Shown here: piece by piece, positions 10,899 through 22,214 of the stretch
Numbering within the stretch: the stretch's first letter is position 1
How the letters are laid out: each line of letters opens with the position of its first letter
From: Caulobacteraceae bacterium
Lineage (GTDB): Bacteria; Pseudomonadota; Alphaproteobacteria; Caulobacterales; Caulobacteraceae
DNA: 64,000 bases
Reading direction: 5' to 3'
Assembly (NCBI GenBank): GCA_019748055.1
Contig: JAIEQC010000050.1
Location: forward strand, 24,817-88,816
Made by a program: the position numbers and the translations under genes
Notes under the pieces: generated by a model
What the model was told of the DNA's origin: nothing
What the model saw: only the letters and a program-made list of their open reading frames with translations
Database searches by the model: none

Positions 10899-12014
10899 AT
10901 GCTGATCCTGACCGACGAACAGACCATGCTGAAGGAGGCCGCCGACGGCTTCCTGAACGAGCGCGCGCCGATCGCCCATCTGCGCAAGCTGCGCGACACC
11001 CGAGACCCCGACGGCGTCTCGCGCGAGCTGTGGGCCGCTTTCGGGGAGATGGGCTTCGCCGGCGTCATGATCCCCGAGGCCGACGGCGGCTCCGGCCTCG
11101 GCGCGGTGGAGGCGGGCGTGATCGCCGAGAGCCTGGGCCGCACGCTGACGCCCTCGCCCTTCCTCGGTTCGTCCGTGCTGGCCGCGACCGTGCTGACGCA
11201 GGCGGGGTCCGAGGCGCAGAAACAATGGCTGCCCCGGATCGCGTCGGGAGAGGCGATCCTGTCGCTGGCCGTGGACGAGGGGCCCAAGCACGCGCCTGCC
11301 CGCATCGCCACGACGGCGCAGCGTCAGGGCAACGGCTTCGTCCTGAACGGCGCCAAGGGCTTCGTGCTGGACGGCCACGTCGCCGACGCCCTCATCGTGG
11401 CGGCGAAGACGGACGGCGGCCTGACCCTGTTCCTGATCGATCCCAAGACCGACGGCGTGGAGGTCGAGCGCACCGTCATGGTCGACGCCCACAACGCCGC
11501 GCGGGTCACGCTGAGCGACGTCCGCGTCGACGCCGACGCCGTGATCGGCGCGGTCGACGGGGGCGAGGGGCCACTGACCGCCGCCCTGAACCTGGGCCGC
11601 GCCTGTGCCGCCGCCTCTCTGGTCGGGGCGGGGGATCAGGCCTTCCAGATCACGCTGGAGTACCTGCGCACCCGCAAGCAGTTCGGTCGCGCGATCGGCG
11701 AGTTCCAGGCCCTGCAGCACCGCGCCGCCCATCTGTTCACCGAGATCGAGATCGCCCAGGCCGCCGTTCTGGCCGCCCTGCAGGCGCTGGACGCGGGCCG
11801 TGACGACGCCGGTCTGGTCGTCTCCGTCGCCAAGGCCAGGGCCGGCCGGGTCGCCGAGCTGGCGGTTCAGGAGGCGGTGCAGATGCACGGCGGCGTCGGC
11901 ATGACCGACGAATACGACGTCGGCCTCTATATGAAGCGGGTGCGCGTGCTGAACGAACTGCTGGGCGACGCCGCCTTCCACCAAGAGGCGCTGGCGCGGT
12001 CGCAGGGCTTCTAG
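10899..12014 (+). CDS. acyl-CoA dehydrogenase family protein
   Basis: Starts at the internal ATG (MLILTDEQTMLKEAADGF). The upstream part of the tracked ORF is translation of the palindromic repeat. The C-terminus has the ACAD-like QMHGGVGMTDEYDVGLYMKR. Confidence 0.85.
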   Translation: MLILTDEQTMLKEAADGFLNERAPIAHLRKLRDTRDPDGVSRELWAAFGEMGFAGVMIPEADGGSGLGAVEAGVIAESLGRTLTPSPFLGSSVLAATVLTQAGSEAQKQWLPRIASGEAILSLAVDEGPKHAPARIATTAQRQGNGFVLNGAKGFVLDGHVADALIVAAKTDGGLTLFLIDPKTDGVEVERTVMVDAHNAARVTLSDVRVDADAVIGAVDGGEGPLTAALNLGRACAAASLVGAGDQAFQITLEYLRTRKQFGRAIGEFQALQHRAAHLFTEIEIAQAAVLAALQALDAGRDDAGLVVSVAKARAGRVAELAVQEAVQMHGGVGMTDEYDVGLYMKRVRVLNELLGDAAFHQEALARSQGF

Positions 12015-12015
12015 G

Positions 12016-12777
12016 TCACGCCTGCCGGAAGCCCAGCACGTCCTGCATGTCGTAGAGGCCCGGCTTGCGGCTGCGGACCCAGGCGGCGGCGACCACGGCG
12101 CCCTTGGCGAACAGGCTGCGGTCGACCGCCGAGTGGCTGAGCGTCAGCGTCTCGTCGTCCGAGGCGAAGATGACCGAATGCTCGCCGATGATGCCGCCGG
12201 CGCGCAACGCTGCGAAGCCGATCTCGCCTTCCTTCCGGGCCTGACCCACGCCGTCGCGGGGCGCGGCGCGGACGTCGTCCAGATCGACGCCCCGGCCGTC
12301 GGCGACCGCCTGCCCCAGCATCAGGGCCGTGCCCGACGGTGCGTCCACCTTGCGCCGGTGATGCGCCTCCAGAACCTCCACGTCCCAGTCGCGGCCGTCC
12401 AGACGCTGGGCCGCGTGTTCGACCAGGCCGATCAGGATGTTGACGCCCAGCGAGAAGTTGCCGCTGCGGACCACGGCGACCTTCTCCGCCGCCGCCTCGA
12501 TCCCCGCCAGCTGCTCCGGCGTGAAGCCGGTCGAGCCGATCACCAGCGCCGGCCCGCCGGCCTGCGCGCACGCCTCGGCCAGTTCCAGCGACGCCTCGGG
12601 GGTCGAAAAGTCGATGACCACGTCGCAGCGCGACAGGTCGGGCGTCTCGCCCCGGTCGAAGCGGGCGGCGACCACCACGTCGTCGCGCGCGTCCAGCGCC
12701 GCCGACACGGCCCGGCCCATCCGGCCCCGGGCGCCGGAGATGCCGACGTGCAGCACGCCGTTCGCGCCCAGGCTCAT
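12016..12777 (-). CDS. dapB: 4-hydroxy-tetrahydrodipicolinate reductase
   Basis: MSLGANGVLHVGISGARGRMGR...EAHHRRKVDAPSGTAL is a DapB signature. The ATG at 12777 overlaps the dnaJ stop (ATGA). The longer tracked ORF is an antisense-of-dnaJ extension. Confidence 0.9.
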   Translation of the reverse strand: MSLGANGVLHVGISGARGRMGRAVSAALDARDDVVVAARFDRGETPDLSRCDVVIDFSTPEASLELAEACAQAGGPALVIGSTGFTPEQLAGIEAAAEKVAVVRSGNFSLGVNILIGLVEHAAQRLDGRDWDVEVLEAHHRRKVDAPSGTALMLGQAVADGRGVDLDDVRAAPRDGVGQARKEGEIGFAALRAGGIIGEHSVIFASDDETLTLSHSAVDRSLFAKGAVVAAAWVRSRKPGLYDMQDVLGFRQA

Positions 12778-13952
12778 TGGGCCGTCTCGTTGCTGCCCAG
12801 GATGTCGGCCCAGAAACGTTTGGCCTTGCCGGTGAAGCTGGAGTTGCGCGGCGTCTGGGTCTCGCCCAGCGAATCCGCCAGTTCCTGCAGCAGCTCCTTC
12901 TGACGCGCCGTCAGGTCGGTCGGCGTCTCGACGAACAGCTCGACGACCAGGTCGCCGCGCGCCTTGCCGTTCAGATGGGGCATGCCCTTGCCCTTGATCC
13001 GCACCGTCTTGCCCGTCTGCGATCCGGCGGGGACGCTGACGGGCGCCTTGCACTGGCCGTCGCAGGCGGTGGAGATCAGGCACGGCGCCTCGATCTCGCC
13101 GCCCAGCGCCGCGACGGTCATGGGCACCGGCACGGTGACCAGCAGATCCAGGTTGTCGCGCTCGAACAGGTCGTGCGGCGTCACCGACAGGAAGACGTAC
13201 AGGTCGCCGCGCGGTCCGCCGCGCTGACCCGCATCGCCCTCGCCCGTCAGGCGGATGCGGGAGCCGTCGTCCACGCCGGCGGGGATCTTGAGGCTCAGGC
13301 TGCGGGTCTTGCGCACCAGTCCGTGGCCCATGCACGAGCCGCAGGGCTCGGCGATCATCTTGCCCTGACCGCCGCAGCGGGGGCAGGTCCGCTCCATCTG
13401 GAAGAAGCCATTGGCCGTCCGCACGCGCCCCTGACCGCCGCAGGTGGTGCAGGTGACCGGCTGGGTGCCCGGCTTGGCGCCCGACCCGTCGCAGGTCGAA
13501 CAGGCCAGGGTCGCGGGCACCGAAATCTCGACCTCGGCGCCCTGATAGGCCTGCTCCAGCGTGATCTCGAGGTCGTAGCGCAGGTCTGAGCCGCGCCGCG
13601 GCCCGCCGCGCGCGCCGCCGCCGGCCCGGCCGCCGAACACGTCCCCGAAGGCGTCGCCGAAGACCTGGGCGAAGATGTCGTTGACGTCGTGGAAGCCCTG
13701 ACCCTGACCGAACGGGTGGCCGCCCCCGCCGCCGCCCGCGTGCCCGAAGCGGTCGTAGTGGGCGCGCTTCTGCTCGTCGGAGAGCACGGAGTAGGCCTCG
13801 GAGATCTCCTTGAACTTCGCCATCGACTCTTCCGAGCCGCCGTTGCGATCCGGATGGTGCTGCATCGCCAGCTTGCGATAGGCGGCCTTCAGGGCCGGGG
13901 CGTCGGCCGTCCGCTCGACGCCCAGCACTTCGTAGTAATCACGCTGCGCCAT
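12774..13952 (-). CDS. dnaJ: molecular chaperone DnaJ
   Basis: J-domain (DYYEVLGV...HPDRN), G/F-rich region and four CxxCxGxG zinc motifs. Confidence 0.97.
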   Translation of the reverse strand: MAQRDYYEVLGVERTADAPALKAAYRKLAMQHHPDRNGGSEESMAKFKEISEAYSVLSDEQKRAHYDRFGHAGGGGGGHPFGQGQGFHDVNDIFAQVFGDAFGDVFGGRAGGGARGGPRRGSDLRYDLEITLEQAYQGAEVEISVPATLACSTCDGSGAKPGTQPVTCTTCGGQGRVRTANGFFQMERTCPRCGGQGKMIAEPCGSCMGHGLVRKTRSLSLKIPAGVDDGSRIRLTGEGDAGQRGGPRGDLYVFLSVTPHDLFERDNLDLLVTVPVPMTVAALGGEIEAPCLISTACDGQCKAPVSVPAGSQTGKTVRIKGKGMPHLNGKARGDLVVELFVETPTDLTARQKELLQELADSLGETQTPRNSSFTGKAKRFWADILGSNETAQ

Positions 13953-14060
13953 GCGGCGGGTACCCTCTGACTCTCAGGCCGATCCCTGCGTCGTTCCGAC
14001 GTCTGAAGATGCGGCGATGATCGGGCTGACATGGGAACCCGATCCGGTGATGCAAGGCTT

Positions 14061-14097
14061 AAGAAAAGGCCCCGCCCGTCGGATGACAAGCGGGGCC
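14061..14097 (-). terminator. hairpin (attenuator/terminator) between dnaK and dnaJ
   Basis: On the minus strand GGCCCCGC-loop-GCGGGGCC is followed by TTTTCTT, located between the dnaK stop and the dnaJ start. Confidence 0.5.
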
Positions 14098-14117
14098 GTT
14101 CTTTGATTCAAGGCGCG

Positions 14118-16028
14118 TCAGGCGCTCTTCTTGTCGTCGGAATCCGAGACTTCCTCGAACTCCGCGTCGACCACGCCGTCGTCGGCGGGCTGACCCTCGG
14201 CCGAGGCGCCGTCGCCCGCGCCCTGCTGGGCCGCGTACATGGCCTCGCCCAGCTTCATCGAGGCCTGGGCCAGGACGTTGGTCTTCTCGCGGATGGCTTC
14301 CGGATCCGTGCCGTCCTTGGCCGCCTTCAGGTCGTCCAACGCCGTCTGGATGGCGGTCTTCTCGGTCTCGCCGACCTTGTCGCCGTGCTCCGCAAGGGCC
14401 TTCTCGGTCGAGTGGATCAGGGCGTCGGCCGAATTCTGGGCCTCCACCAGCTCCTTGCGGGCCTTGTCTGCCGTGGCGTTGGCCTCGGCTTCCTTGACCA
14501 TCTTCTCGATGTCGGCGTCCGACAGGCCGCCGTTGGCCTGGATGCGGATCGACTGCTCCTTGTTGGTCGCCTTGTCCTTGGCCGTCACGTGCACGATGCC
14601 GTTGGCGTCGATGTCGAAGGCGACCTCGATCTGCGGCATGCCGCGCGGGGCCGGCGGAATGCCCATCAGGTCGAACTGACCCAGCAGCTTGTTGTCCTGC
14701 GCCATCGGCCGCTCGCCCTGGAAGACCCGGATCGTCACGGCCGACTGGTTGTCGTCGGCGGTCGAGAAGGTCTGGCTCTTCTTGGTCGGGATGGTGGTGT
14801 TGCGCTCGATCAGCGGGGTGAACACGCCGCCCAGCGTCTCGATCCCCAGCGTCAGCGGGGTCACGTCCAGCAGCAGCACGTCCTTGACGTCGCCCTGCAG
14901 CACGCCGGCCTGGACCGCGGCGCCCAGCGCCACGACCTCATCCGGGTTCACGCCCTTGTGCGGCTCCTTGCCGAAGAAGGCCTTAACCGCCTCCTGCACC
15001 TTGGGCATGCGGGTCATGCCGCCCACCAGCACCACCTCGTCGATGTCCGAAGCCTTCATCCCGGCGTCGGCCAGCGCCTTCTTGCAGGGCTCGATGGTAC
15101 GGGCGACCAGGTCCTCGACCAACGCCTCCAGCTTGGCGCGCGACAGTTTGATGTTCAGGTGCAGCGGACCCGACGCGTTCATGGTGATGAACGGCAGGTT
15201 CACCTCGTACTGGGTCGTGGAGCTGAGCTCCTTCTTGGCCTTCTCGGCCTCTTCCTTCAGGCGCTGCAGTGCCAGCTTGTCCTGACGCAGGTCGACGCCC
15301 TGCTCCTTCTTGAACTCGTCGGCCAGATAGTCGACCAGACGCAGGTCGAAGTCCTCGCCGCCCAGGAAGGTGTCGCCGTTGGTGGACTTCACCTCGAATA
15401 CGCCGTCGCCGATCTCCAGGATCGAGACGTCGAAGGTGCCGCCGCCGAGGTCATAGACCGCGATCTTCTGGCCGTCGTTCTTCTCCAGCCCATAGGCCAG
15501 AGCCGCGGCCGTCGGCTCGTTGATGATGCGCAGGACTTCGAGGCCCGCGATCTTGCCGGCGTCCTTGGTGGCCTGGCGCTGGCTGTCGTTGAAATAGGCA
15601 GGGACGGTGATGACGGCCTGTGTGACCTTCTCGCCCAGATAGGCCTCCGCGGCCTCCTTCATCTTGGTCAGGGTGAAGGCCGAGATCTGCTGGGGCGAGT
15701 AGTCCTTGCCGTGAGCCTTCACCCAGGCGTCGCCGGTCGGGCCCTTGACGATCTCATAGGGAACCATGCCCTTGTCCTTCGCCACGACGGGGTCGTCGAA
15801 ATTGCGGCCGATCAGTCGCTTGATGGCGAAGAAGGTGTTGGACGGATTGGTCACCGCCTGGCGCTTGGCCGGTTGCCCGACCAGGACTTCGCCCCCGTCC
15901 TGGATGGCGACGACCGAGGGGGTGGTGCGATTGCCCTCGGCGTTCTCGATGACCTTGGGCGAGCCGCCCTCCATCACCGCGACGCAGGAGTTGGTGGTGC
16001 CGAGGTCGATGCCGATGATCTTGGCCAT
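14118..16028 (-). CDS. dnaK: molecular chaperone DnaK
   Basis: The internal ATG gives [18 protein letters not shown]..., canonical Hsp70 throughout. Confidence 0.98.
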   Translation of the reverse strand: MAKIIGIDLGTTNSCVAVMEGGSPKVIENAEGNRTTPSVVAIQDGGEVLVGQPAKRQAVTNPSNTFFAIKRLIGRNFDDPVVAKDKGMVPYEIVKGPTGDAWVKAHGKDYSPQQISAFTLTKMKEAAEAYLGEKVTQAVITVPAYFNDSQRQATKDAGKIAGLEVLRIINEPTAAALAYGLEKNDGQKIAVYDLGGGTFDVSILEIGDGVFEVKSTNGDTFLGGEDFDLRLVDYLADEFKKEQGVDLRQDKLALQRLKEEAEKAKKELSSTTQYEVNLPFITMNASGPLHLNIKLSRAKLEALVEDLVARTIEPCKKALADAGMKASDIDEVVLVGGMTRMPKVQEAVKAFFGKEPHKGVNPDEVVALGAAVQAGVLQGDVKDVLLLDVTPLTLGIETLGGVFTPLIERNTTIPTKKSQTFSTADDNQSAVTIRVFQGERPMAQDNKLLGQFDLMGIPPAPRGMPQIEVAFDIDANGIVHVTAKDKATNKEQSIRIQANGGLSDADIEKMVKEAEANATADKARKELVEAQNSADALIHSTEKALAEHGDKVGETEKTAIQTALDDLKAAKDGTDPEAIREKTNVLAQASMKLGEAMYAAQQGAGDGASAEGQPADDGVVDAEFEEVSDSDDKKSA

Positions 16029-16171
16029 GGTCTGGTCTTCGTCTCCGTTGCGGCGGGCGGTTCGGCGGCCTTGCAAGAAGCGCCGCGGCTGACCGCCCCC
16101 TAAAAGGTGGGTTCAGTGTCCGTGTCCGTTGCGAAATCCCTGCTTTCGGCGGGGTTTCTCGGGTCAGGCGG

Positions 16172-16200
16172 CATATGGGAAGCGCGCCCTCGACCGCAAG
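16172..16200 (-). promoter_or_regulatory. putative sigma32-type promoter of dnaK
   Basis: The minus strand reads CTTGCGG-N14-CCCATATG, compared with the E. coli-type consensus CTTGAAA-N13-15-CCCCATNT. It lies about 145 nt upstream of the dnaK ATG. Confidence 0.45.
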
Positions 16201-16327
16201 TGCGTTTCGCGCGGCGAGAAACGGCCACATCGGCGGGCATGGGCGCGGCGACCGGTCACGCCGCGAGGACTCGACGCCCGCGCCGCACGCGGCCAAGGTC
16301 CCGCCTCCGACCGAGAGGGAACTCCAA

Positions 16328-17236
16328 ATGACCATTCGCCTGACCCGCCCCGAGGGGTCCGAACCCCAGGACTTCGCCCTCAGCCGTCGTGCGCTGGCCG
16401 GAGTCTCCGCGGGCAGCCTTTTCTTTGCCGGCTACGCCCCCGCAGCGCTGGCGGCCCAGGCCGCGCCGATCCGGACGGACGCCGAAGGCCTCGCGGTCGG
16501 CGACGTGACCTACCCGGCTCCGGACGGGTTTCAGCTGCCGGCCTATGTGGCCCGACCTAAAGGCGACGGGCCCTATCCGGTCGTGATCGTGGTGTCCGAG
16601 ATTTTCGGCGTGCACGAATACATCCGCGACGTCTGCCGGCGTCTGGCCAAGGCCGGATATGCGGCGATCGCGCCGGCCTTCTTCGTCCGTGCCGAAGACC
16701 CGGCGCCCCTGTCCGACATGCGCCGCGTGCAGGAAATCGTGGCTCAGGCCCGGTATTCCCAAGTCATGGGCGACGTGTCGGCGACGATGGAGTGGGCGTC
16801 CACCCAGACGTGGGCGCGCGACGACCGCATGGGCATCACCGGCTACTGTTGGGGCGGCAAGGTTGTGTGGCAGGCGTGCGCCCGCTTCGCGTCGCTGGAT
16901 GCCGGCGTCGCCTGGTACGGCCGACTCGCCCCCGCCGCCGAGGCCACGCCGGAACAGCGGGCCGCCGGCGAACCCTGGCCCGTCGATCTCGCCGACGATC
17001 TGAAATGCCCGGTGCTGGGCCTCTATGGCGAGGCGGACCGGGGCATCCCCCTGCCGTCGGTGGAGGCGATGAACACGGCGCTTCAGCGCGCCGGGCGCAC
17101 CGACAGCGGCATCCACGTCTATCCCGCAGCGCCGCATGGCTTCCACGCCGACTATCGCGACAGCTACCGCGAAGCCGACGCCCGCGACGGCTGGCGGCGG
17201 CTGCTGGAACTGTTCGACGCGCGGCTGAAGGCGTGA
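16328..17236 (+). CDS. dienelactone hydrolase family protein (Tat-signal)
   Basis: The ATG at 16328 gives MTIRLTRPEG...SRRALAGVSAG...AALAAQA, a twin-arginine signal. The DLH-like core has VVSEIFGVHEYIRDVCRRLA and GYCWGG. Confidence 0.85.
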   Translation: MTIRLTRPEGSEPQDFALSRRALAGVSAGSLFFAGYAPAALAAQAAPIRTDAEGLAVGDVTYPAPDGFQLPAYVARPKGDGPYPVVIVVSEIFGVHEYIRDVCRRLAKAGYAAIAPAFFVRAEDPAPLSDMRRVQEIVAQARYSQVMGDVSATMEWASTQTWARDDRMGITGYCWGGKVVWQACARFASLDAGVAWYGRLAPAAEATPEQRAAGEPWPVDLADDLKCPVLGLYGEADRGIPLPSVEAMNTALQRAGRTDSGIHVYPAAPHGFHADYRDSYREADARDGWRRLLELFDARLKA

Positions 17237-17240
17237 GCCG

Positions 17241-17867
17241 TCAGCCCGCGTCGGCCGCCTTCGCATAGGCCGCGGCGCCCGCCACCTGGTCCGAAGCCGA
17301 CGCCTGCGCGCCCGATCCTTTCGCCGCCACCACGACCATGGCCGGGCGCACGGTGCGGCCGAACAGGGCGTAGCCGGCCTGCAGCGTCTGGATCACCTTG
17401 CCACCGTCCACCTCGGTCGAGGGCTGCTCCATCATCGCCTGATGCAGGTGCGGATCGAAGGTCTCGCCCGCGGCTGGGGCCACGCGGACCAGATTGTTGG
17501 CCTCGAACGCCGACAGCAGCGACTTCTGCGTCATCTCCAGCCCGGTGATCAGGCCGGCCGCGGCGCCTTCCGCATCCTTCGGCGCCGCCTGCAGCGCGCG
17601 CTCGAGGTTGTCGGCCACGCCCAACAGGTCGCGGGCGAAGCGCTGGATGGCATAGGCGCGGGCGTCGTTGTTCTGGGCTTCCGCGCGCTTCTTGGTGTTC
17701 TCGGCTTCCGCCACGGCGCGCAGGGCGCGGTCCTTCCACTGGTCGCGCTCGGCGATCAGCTGGTCGATCGGCCCCAGGTCGTCGCCGGGATGCGCGTTCA
17801 ATCCGGCCTCGGCGTCGGCCTCCAGCTCGGGATCGATGTCGTGCGGGTCGTCAGTCGGTTCGTTCAC
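17241..17867 (-). CDS. grpE: nucleotide exchange factor GrpE
   Basis: 208 aa with ...[17 protein letters not shown]...FDPHLHQAM... GrpE motifs. Its start overlaps the hrcA stop by 4 nt. Confidence 0.95.
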   Translation of the reverse strand: MNEPTDDPHDIDPELEADAEAGLNAHPGDDLGPIDQLIAERDQWKDRALRAVAEAENTKKRAEAQNNDARAYAIQRFARDLLGVADNLERALQAAPKDAEGAAAGLITGLEMTQKSLLSAFEANNLVRVAPAAGETFDPHLHQAMMEQPSTEVDGGKVIQTLQAGYALFGRTVRPAMVVVAAKGSGAQASASDQVAGAAAYAKAADAG

Positions 17868-18934
17868 GTCTCTTGTCCGTCCAGAATCCGGCCCAGCACC
17901 CGGGCGGTGTAGTCCACCAACGGGATGACTCGGGCATAGTTCAGCCGCGCGGGGCCGATGACTCCCAGAGCCCCGATCACCCGCTGCCGTCCCGTCATAT
18001 AGGGCGCCGCGATCACGGCGGAACCCGAAAGCGAAAACAGTCGCGTCTCCGACCCGATGAAGATGCGCACCCCCTGCGCCGCCGACACCCCGTCCAGCAG
18101 ACCGATCAGCTGCTCCTTCTGCTCCAGATCGTCGAACAGGACGCGGACCCGTTCCAGATCCTCCACCGCCTCGCGGTCCTGCAGCAGGTTGGCCCGGCCG
18201 CGCACGATCAGGGCGCGCTCACGGTCCGGACCGCCCGACCACGCCGCCAGGCCGTCCTCGACCAGACGCGCCGCCGCGGCGTCCAGCTCGCGCCGCGCCG
18301 CGTCCAGCTCGGTGCGCATCTCGGTCCGCGCCTCGTGCAGGGGCCTGCCCTTCAGCCGGGCGTTCAGAAAGTTGGACGCCTCCTGCAGGGTCGACGGCGT
18401 GACCCCGGCCTTCAGCGGCATCAGCCGGTTCTCGACCGTGCCGTCGTCCCCGACCAGCACGGCCAGCGCCTGGTCGTGGCCCAAGGCCACGAACTCGACG
18501 TGCTTGACCCCCGCGTCCCGCACCGGACTGGCGACGATCCCCGCCCCGCCCGCGAGGCCCGAAAGCAGCGCCGAGGCCTCGTTCAGCACCTCGTCGAAGC
18601 CGCGCCCCCGGCTCACCAGACGCGCGTCGATCTCGCGCCGTTCCTCCGCGCCGACGTCTCCGACCTCCAGCAAACCGTCGACGAACAGCCGCAGGCCCGC
18701 GTGCGTCGGAATGCGCCCCGCCGACGTGTGGGGTGACGCCAACAGGCCGGCCAGCGTCAGGTCCTGCATGGTGTTGCGGATCGACGCGGGCGACAGAGAC
18801 ACCCCCGTCAGCGACAGGGTCCGCGACCCCACCGGCTCGCCCGTCTGCAGATAGCTCTCGACGATGCGCCGGAAGATGTCCCGCGCCCGCTGGTCCAGCA
18901 CGGTCAGGGGGGCCGATGCGCCCAGATACGTCAT
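17864..18934 (-). CDS. hrcA: heat-inducible transcription repressor HrcA
   Basis: The internal ATG at 18934 gives [40 protein letters not shown], the canonical HrcA N-terminus. The upstream part of the tracked ORF was rejected. Confidence 0.93.
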   Translation of the reverse strand: MTYLGASAPLTVLDQRARDIFRRIVESYLQTGEPVGSRTLSLTGVSLSPASIRNTMQDLTLAGLLASPHTSAGRIPTHAGLRLFVDGLLEVGDVGAEERREIDARLVSRGRGFDEVLNEASALLSGLAGGAGIVASPVRDAGVKHVEFVALGHDQALAVLVGDDGTVENRLMPLKAGVTPSTLQEASNFLNARLKGRPLHEARTEMRTELDAARRELDAAAARLVEDGLAAWSGGPDRERALIVRGRANLLQDREAVEDLERVRVLFDDLEQKEQLIGLLDGVSAAQGVRIFIGSETRLFSLSGSAVIAAPYMTGRQRVIGALGVIGPARLNYARVIPLVDYTARVLGRILDGQET

Positions 18935-19536
18935 GCGCGTCCCTCCCAGTCCTGCCGCGTCAGCCGCATGACGAGGCAGTCGTCGGCGTCGAACATCCGC
19001 CGGCCCTCCTCGCGGAAACCCAGACGACGGTAGAACCGGTGCGCCGCCACGTTCGAGTTCAGCGGGTCGATCACCACGGCCTTCACCTCCGGCTCCGCGA
19101 AGCAGCGGTCCAGCATCTGCGTCATCATCCGCGTCCCCACGCCCCGGTTCAGCCACTCGGGCGGGCCGATCCAGACGTCGATCGCCCGCAGGCCCGGCTC
19201 GATCGCTCCCCAGTAATGGCTGGGTTCGGTGTGGGGGTCGCACACCGCCATGACCCCGACGGGCTCGCCCGCGACCTCGGCGATCACATAGGTGAGCTCA
19301 TAGGCGGAGTTCGACAGTTCGTCGGCCCAGTCGATGCCGTCGAACGCGACCTCGGCGTCCGGGTCGTCGCTGGAGCAGGCGATGACGTGCGGTTGCCGGT
19401 CCCATGCGGCCAGCAGGGGCGCGTCGGCGACCGTTGCGGGTCTGAGGGTGACGGTATCCGGGCTCACCCAATCAGGATAAGCAGCGCGCGGACCGTGTCC
19501 AAGCGATCTCCATCCGCTTTCCATCCGATTGTCCAA
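18931..19536 (-). CDS. GNAT acetyltransferase, AAC(6')-Ib-like (Acetyltransf_8-type)
   Basis: [62 protein letters not shown] parallels the AAC(6')-Ib core (GIDxxL...GKGLGT...DPEVTKIQTDPSPSN..AIRCYEKAGF). The stop overlaps the hrcA start. The true start is uncertain. Confidence 0.7.
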   Translation of the reverse strand: MDNRMESGWRSLGHGPRAAYPDWVSPDTVTLRPATVADAPLLAAWDRQPHVIACSSDDPDAEVAFDGIDWADELSNSAYELTYVIAEVAGEPVGVMAVCDPHTEPSHYWGAIEPGLRAIDVWIGPPEWLNRGVGTRMMTQMLDRCFAEPEVKAVVIDPLNSNVAAHRFYRRLGFREEGRRMFDADDCLVMRLTRQDWEGRA

Positions 19537-19538
19537 GG

Positions 19539-20258
<720 letters not shown>

Positions 20259-20261
20259 CGC

Positions 20262-21044
20262 TCACTGGGCGGTCATGCCGCCGTCGATCTTGAACTCCGA
20301 GCCCGTGACGAACTTCGACTCGTCCGAGGCGAGGTAGAGGACGCAATAGGCCACGTCGTCCGGCTCGCCGATGCGCTTCAGAGGGATGCCGCGCGCCAGC
20401 TTCTGATGCGCCACCGCCTCGTCCCCGCCGGCCTTGTCGACGAAGGGGTCGAGGATCGGCGTCTTGATGAACACCGGGTGCACGGAGTTGCAGCGCACGT
20501 TCCACTCATTGCGCGCGGCCTCCAGCGCGATCGTCTTGGTGTACATCCAGACCCCGGCCTTGGTGGCGTTGTAGGCGCCCATGCCCGGCCCCGCGGCCAG
20601 GGCGGCGATCGAGGAGATGTTGACGATCGAGGCCGGCGCCGCGTCGCGCAGGTAGTGCATGGCGTGCTTGCAGCCGAACATCACCGAGCGGAGGTTGATC
20701 TGGTACTGGCGGTCCCAGTTGGCGGCAGTGTCGCCCTCGACGAAGACCAGGTCGCCGCCGACGCCGGCGTTGTTCACCAGCACCGACAGGCCGCCCATGG
20801 CCGCCGCGGCCCGGGCGACCACGTCGGCCCACTGGTCCTCGTCGGTCACGTCGTGATCGAAGCCGAAGGCCGCGCCCTTGATCTCCGCGTCGATCTCGGC
20901 CGCCAGCGCGCGCGCGGCCTCGCCGTCCACGTCGGTGATCGCGACCCTGGCGCCCTCGCGCGCCAGCATCCAGGCCATCGACCGGCCCAGGCCGCCCGCG
21001 CCGCCGGTGATCAGCGCGGTCTTTCCCGAGACCCGCCCCGCCAT
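20262..21044 (-). CDS. SDR-family oxidoreductase
   Basis: The internal ATG gives [20 protein letters not shown] (TGxxxGxG), NNAG, and YNATK (the YxxxK catalytic motif). Confidence 0.9.
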   Translation of the reverse strand: MAGRVSGKTALITGGAGGLGRSMAWMLAREGARVAITDVDGEAARALAAEIDAEIKGAAFGFDHDVTDEDQWADVVARAAAAMGGLSVLVNNAGVGGDLVFVEGDTAANWDRQYQINLRSVMFGCKHAMHYLRDAAPASIVNISSIAALAAGPGMGAYNATKAGVWMYTKTIALEAARNEWNVRCNSVHPVFIKTPILDPFVDKAGGDEAVAHQKLARGIPLKRIGEPDDVAYCVLYLASDESKFVTGSEFKIDGGMTAQ

Positions 21045-21343
21045 CACTTGCCCCCCATGGCGGTGGCCGCCTCGTCGACGAAGCGCGCCAGCGTCACGTC
21101 CTTGTCCGTCACCCCGCCGGCGTCGTGCGTGGTCAGCACGATCTGCACCCCGTTGTAGACGTTGGACCATTCCGGATGATGGTCGGCCTTGTCGGCGTGC
21201 AGGGCGACGCGCGTCATGAAGCCGAAGGCGGCGTTGAAGTCGGCGAACTTCAGATCGCGCCGGATGGCCGGTCGGTCGCCCGGCTCCGCCCGCCAGTGGG
21301 GCAGGTCCTTCAGCACCGCGTTCAGCTCCAGTCGTTCCGTCAT
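21044..21343 (-). CDS. phhB: pterin-4-alpha-carbinolamine dehydratase
   Basis: 99 aa from the internal ATG, ...[42 protein letters not shown]..., the PCD signature. Confidence 0.88.
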   Translation of the reverse strand: MTERLELNAVLKDLPHWRAEPGDRPAIRRDLKFADFNAAFGFMTRVALHADKADHHPEWSNVYNGVQIVLTTHDAGGVTDKDVTLARFVDEAATAMGGK

Positions 21344-21439
21344 GGCGTCCTCCAGCTTCCGCTCCGGCCTAGGGCAGGGCGCCGCATCCGACAAGCGCCA
21401 CGGAACGCACGGCCACGCTTGGCGTTGTCGAACGTCGTC

Positions 21440-22159
21440 ATGTCGAGGGATTTCATCGTGGACAATCTTTGGATCGCCTCGCTCGACCCCGCCGACCGGA
21501 AGCGGATCGAGCCGCACCTGAACGAGCGCCCCTTCACCCAGGGCCAGGTCTTGTTCGACGCCGGGGAGGCGGTGGACGAGGTCTGGTTCCCCATGGATGG
21601 CGTCGTCTCCCTGATGACCGTGCTGGCCGACGACCGCATGGTGGAAACCGCCGCCATCGGCCGCGAGGGATTGGTGGGCGTCACCTGCGGCCCGCTGAAC
21701 GCGCGCGCCTCCAGCCGCGCCATCGCCCAGATCGAAGGCTCGGCCGCCTGCTGTCCCGCCGAGGTTTTTTCCGACGCCCTGTCGAAGAGCGAGGCGATGC
21801 GCGCGGCCCTGTCGCGGTTCACCGAGAACCTTCTGGCCCATGTCCAGCAGACCGCCGCCTGCAACGCCCAGCACCGGCTGGACGAACGGCTGGCGCGCTG
21901 GCTGCTGACGCTGCACGACCGCGCCGACGCCGACCGGTTCGACCTGACGCAGCAGGACATCGCCGGCATGCTGGGCGTGCGCCGAGCCACCGTCAGCGAG
22001 ATCGGCACGATGCTGGAGGACCGCAGCCTGATCGCCCGCGGCCGCGGCTGGGTCGAGGTGCTGGACCGCAAGGGCCTCGAGAAGGCGTCGTGCGGCTGCT
22101 ACCGCATGATGCGCGCCGTCTCCGCCGATCTTGGCGTGCCGCTTCCGAATTTTGGCTGA
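21440..22159 (+). CDS. Crp/Fnr-family transcriptional regulator
   Basis: The ATG at 21440 gives a cNMP-binding-like N-terminal domain ([24 protein letters not shown]) and a C-terminal HTH ([24 protein letters not shown]). Confidence 0.8.
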   Translation: MSRDFIVDNLWIASLDPADRKRIEPHLNERPFTQGQVLFDAGEAVDEVWFPMDGVVSLMTVLADDRMVETAAIGREGLVGVTCGPLNARASSRAIAQIEGSAACCPAEVFSDALSKSEAMRAALSRFTENLLAHVQQTAACNAQHRLDERLARWLLTLHDRADADRFDLTQQDIAGMLGVRRATVSEIGTMLEDRSLIARGRGWVEVLDRKGLEKASCGCYRMMRAVSADLGVPLPNFG

Positions 22160-22214
22160 AGCCGCGACTTCGCCGCCCGGTGACGCGGGGCGCGCGGGCG
22201 GCTAAACCGCCCCC

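Noticed and set aside
12778-13335. N-terminal extension of the dapB ORF (tracked as 439 aa)
   Set aside because: The extension lies antisense within dnaJ and is Arg/Pro/Gly-rich. The DapB homology starts at the internal Met at 12777.
14031-16103. 690-aa ORF antisense to dnaK
   Set aside because: Mirror-frame artefact of a highly expressed GC-rich gene. The composition is low complexity (L/G/R/D/V) and dnaK on the opposite strand is unambiguous.
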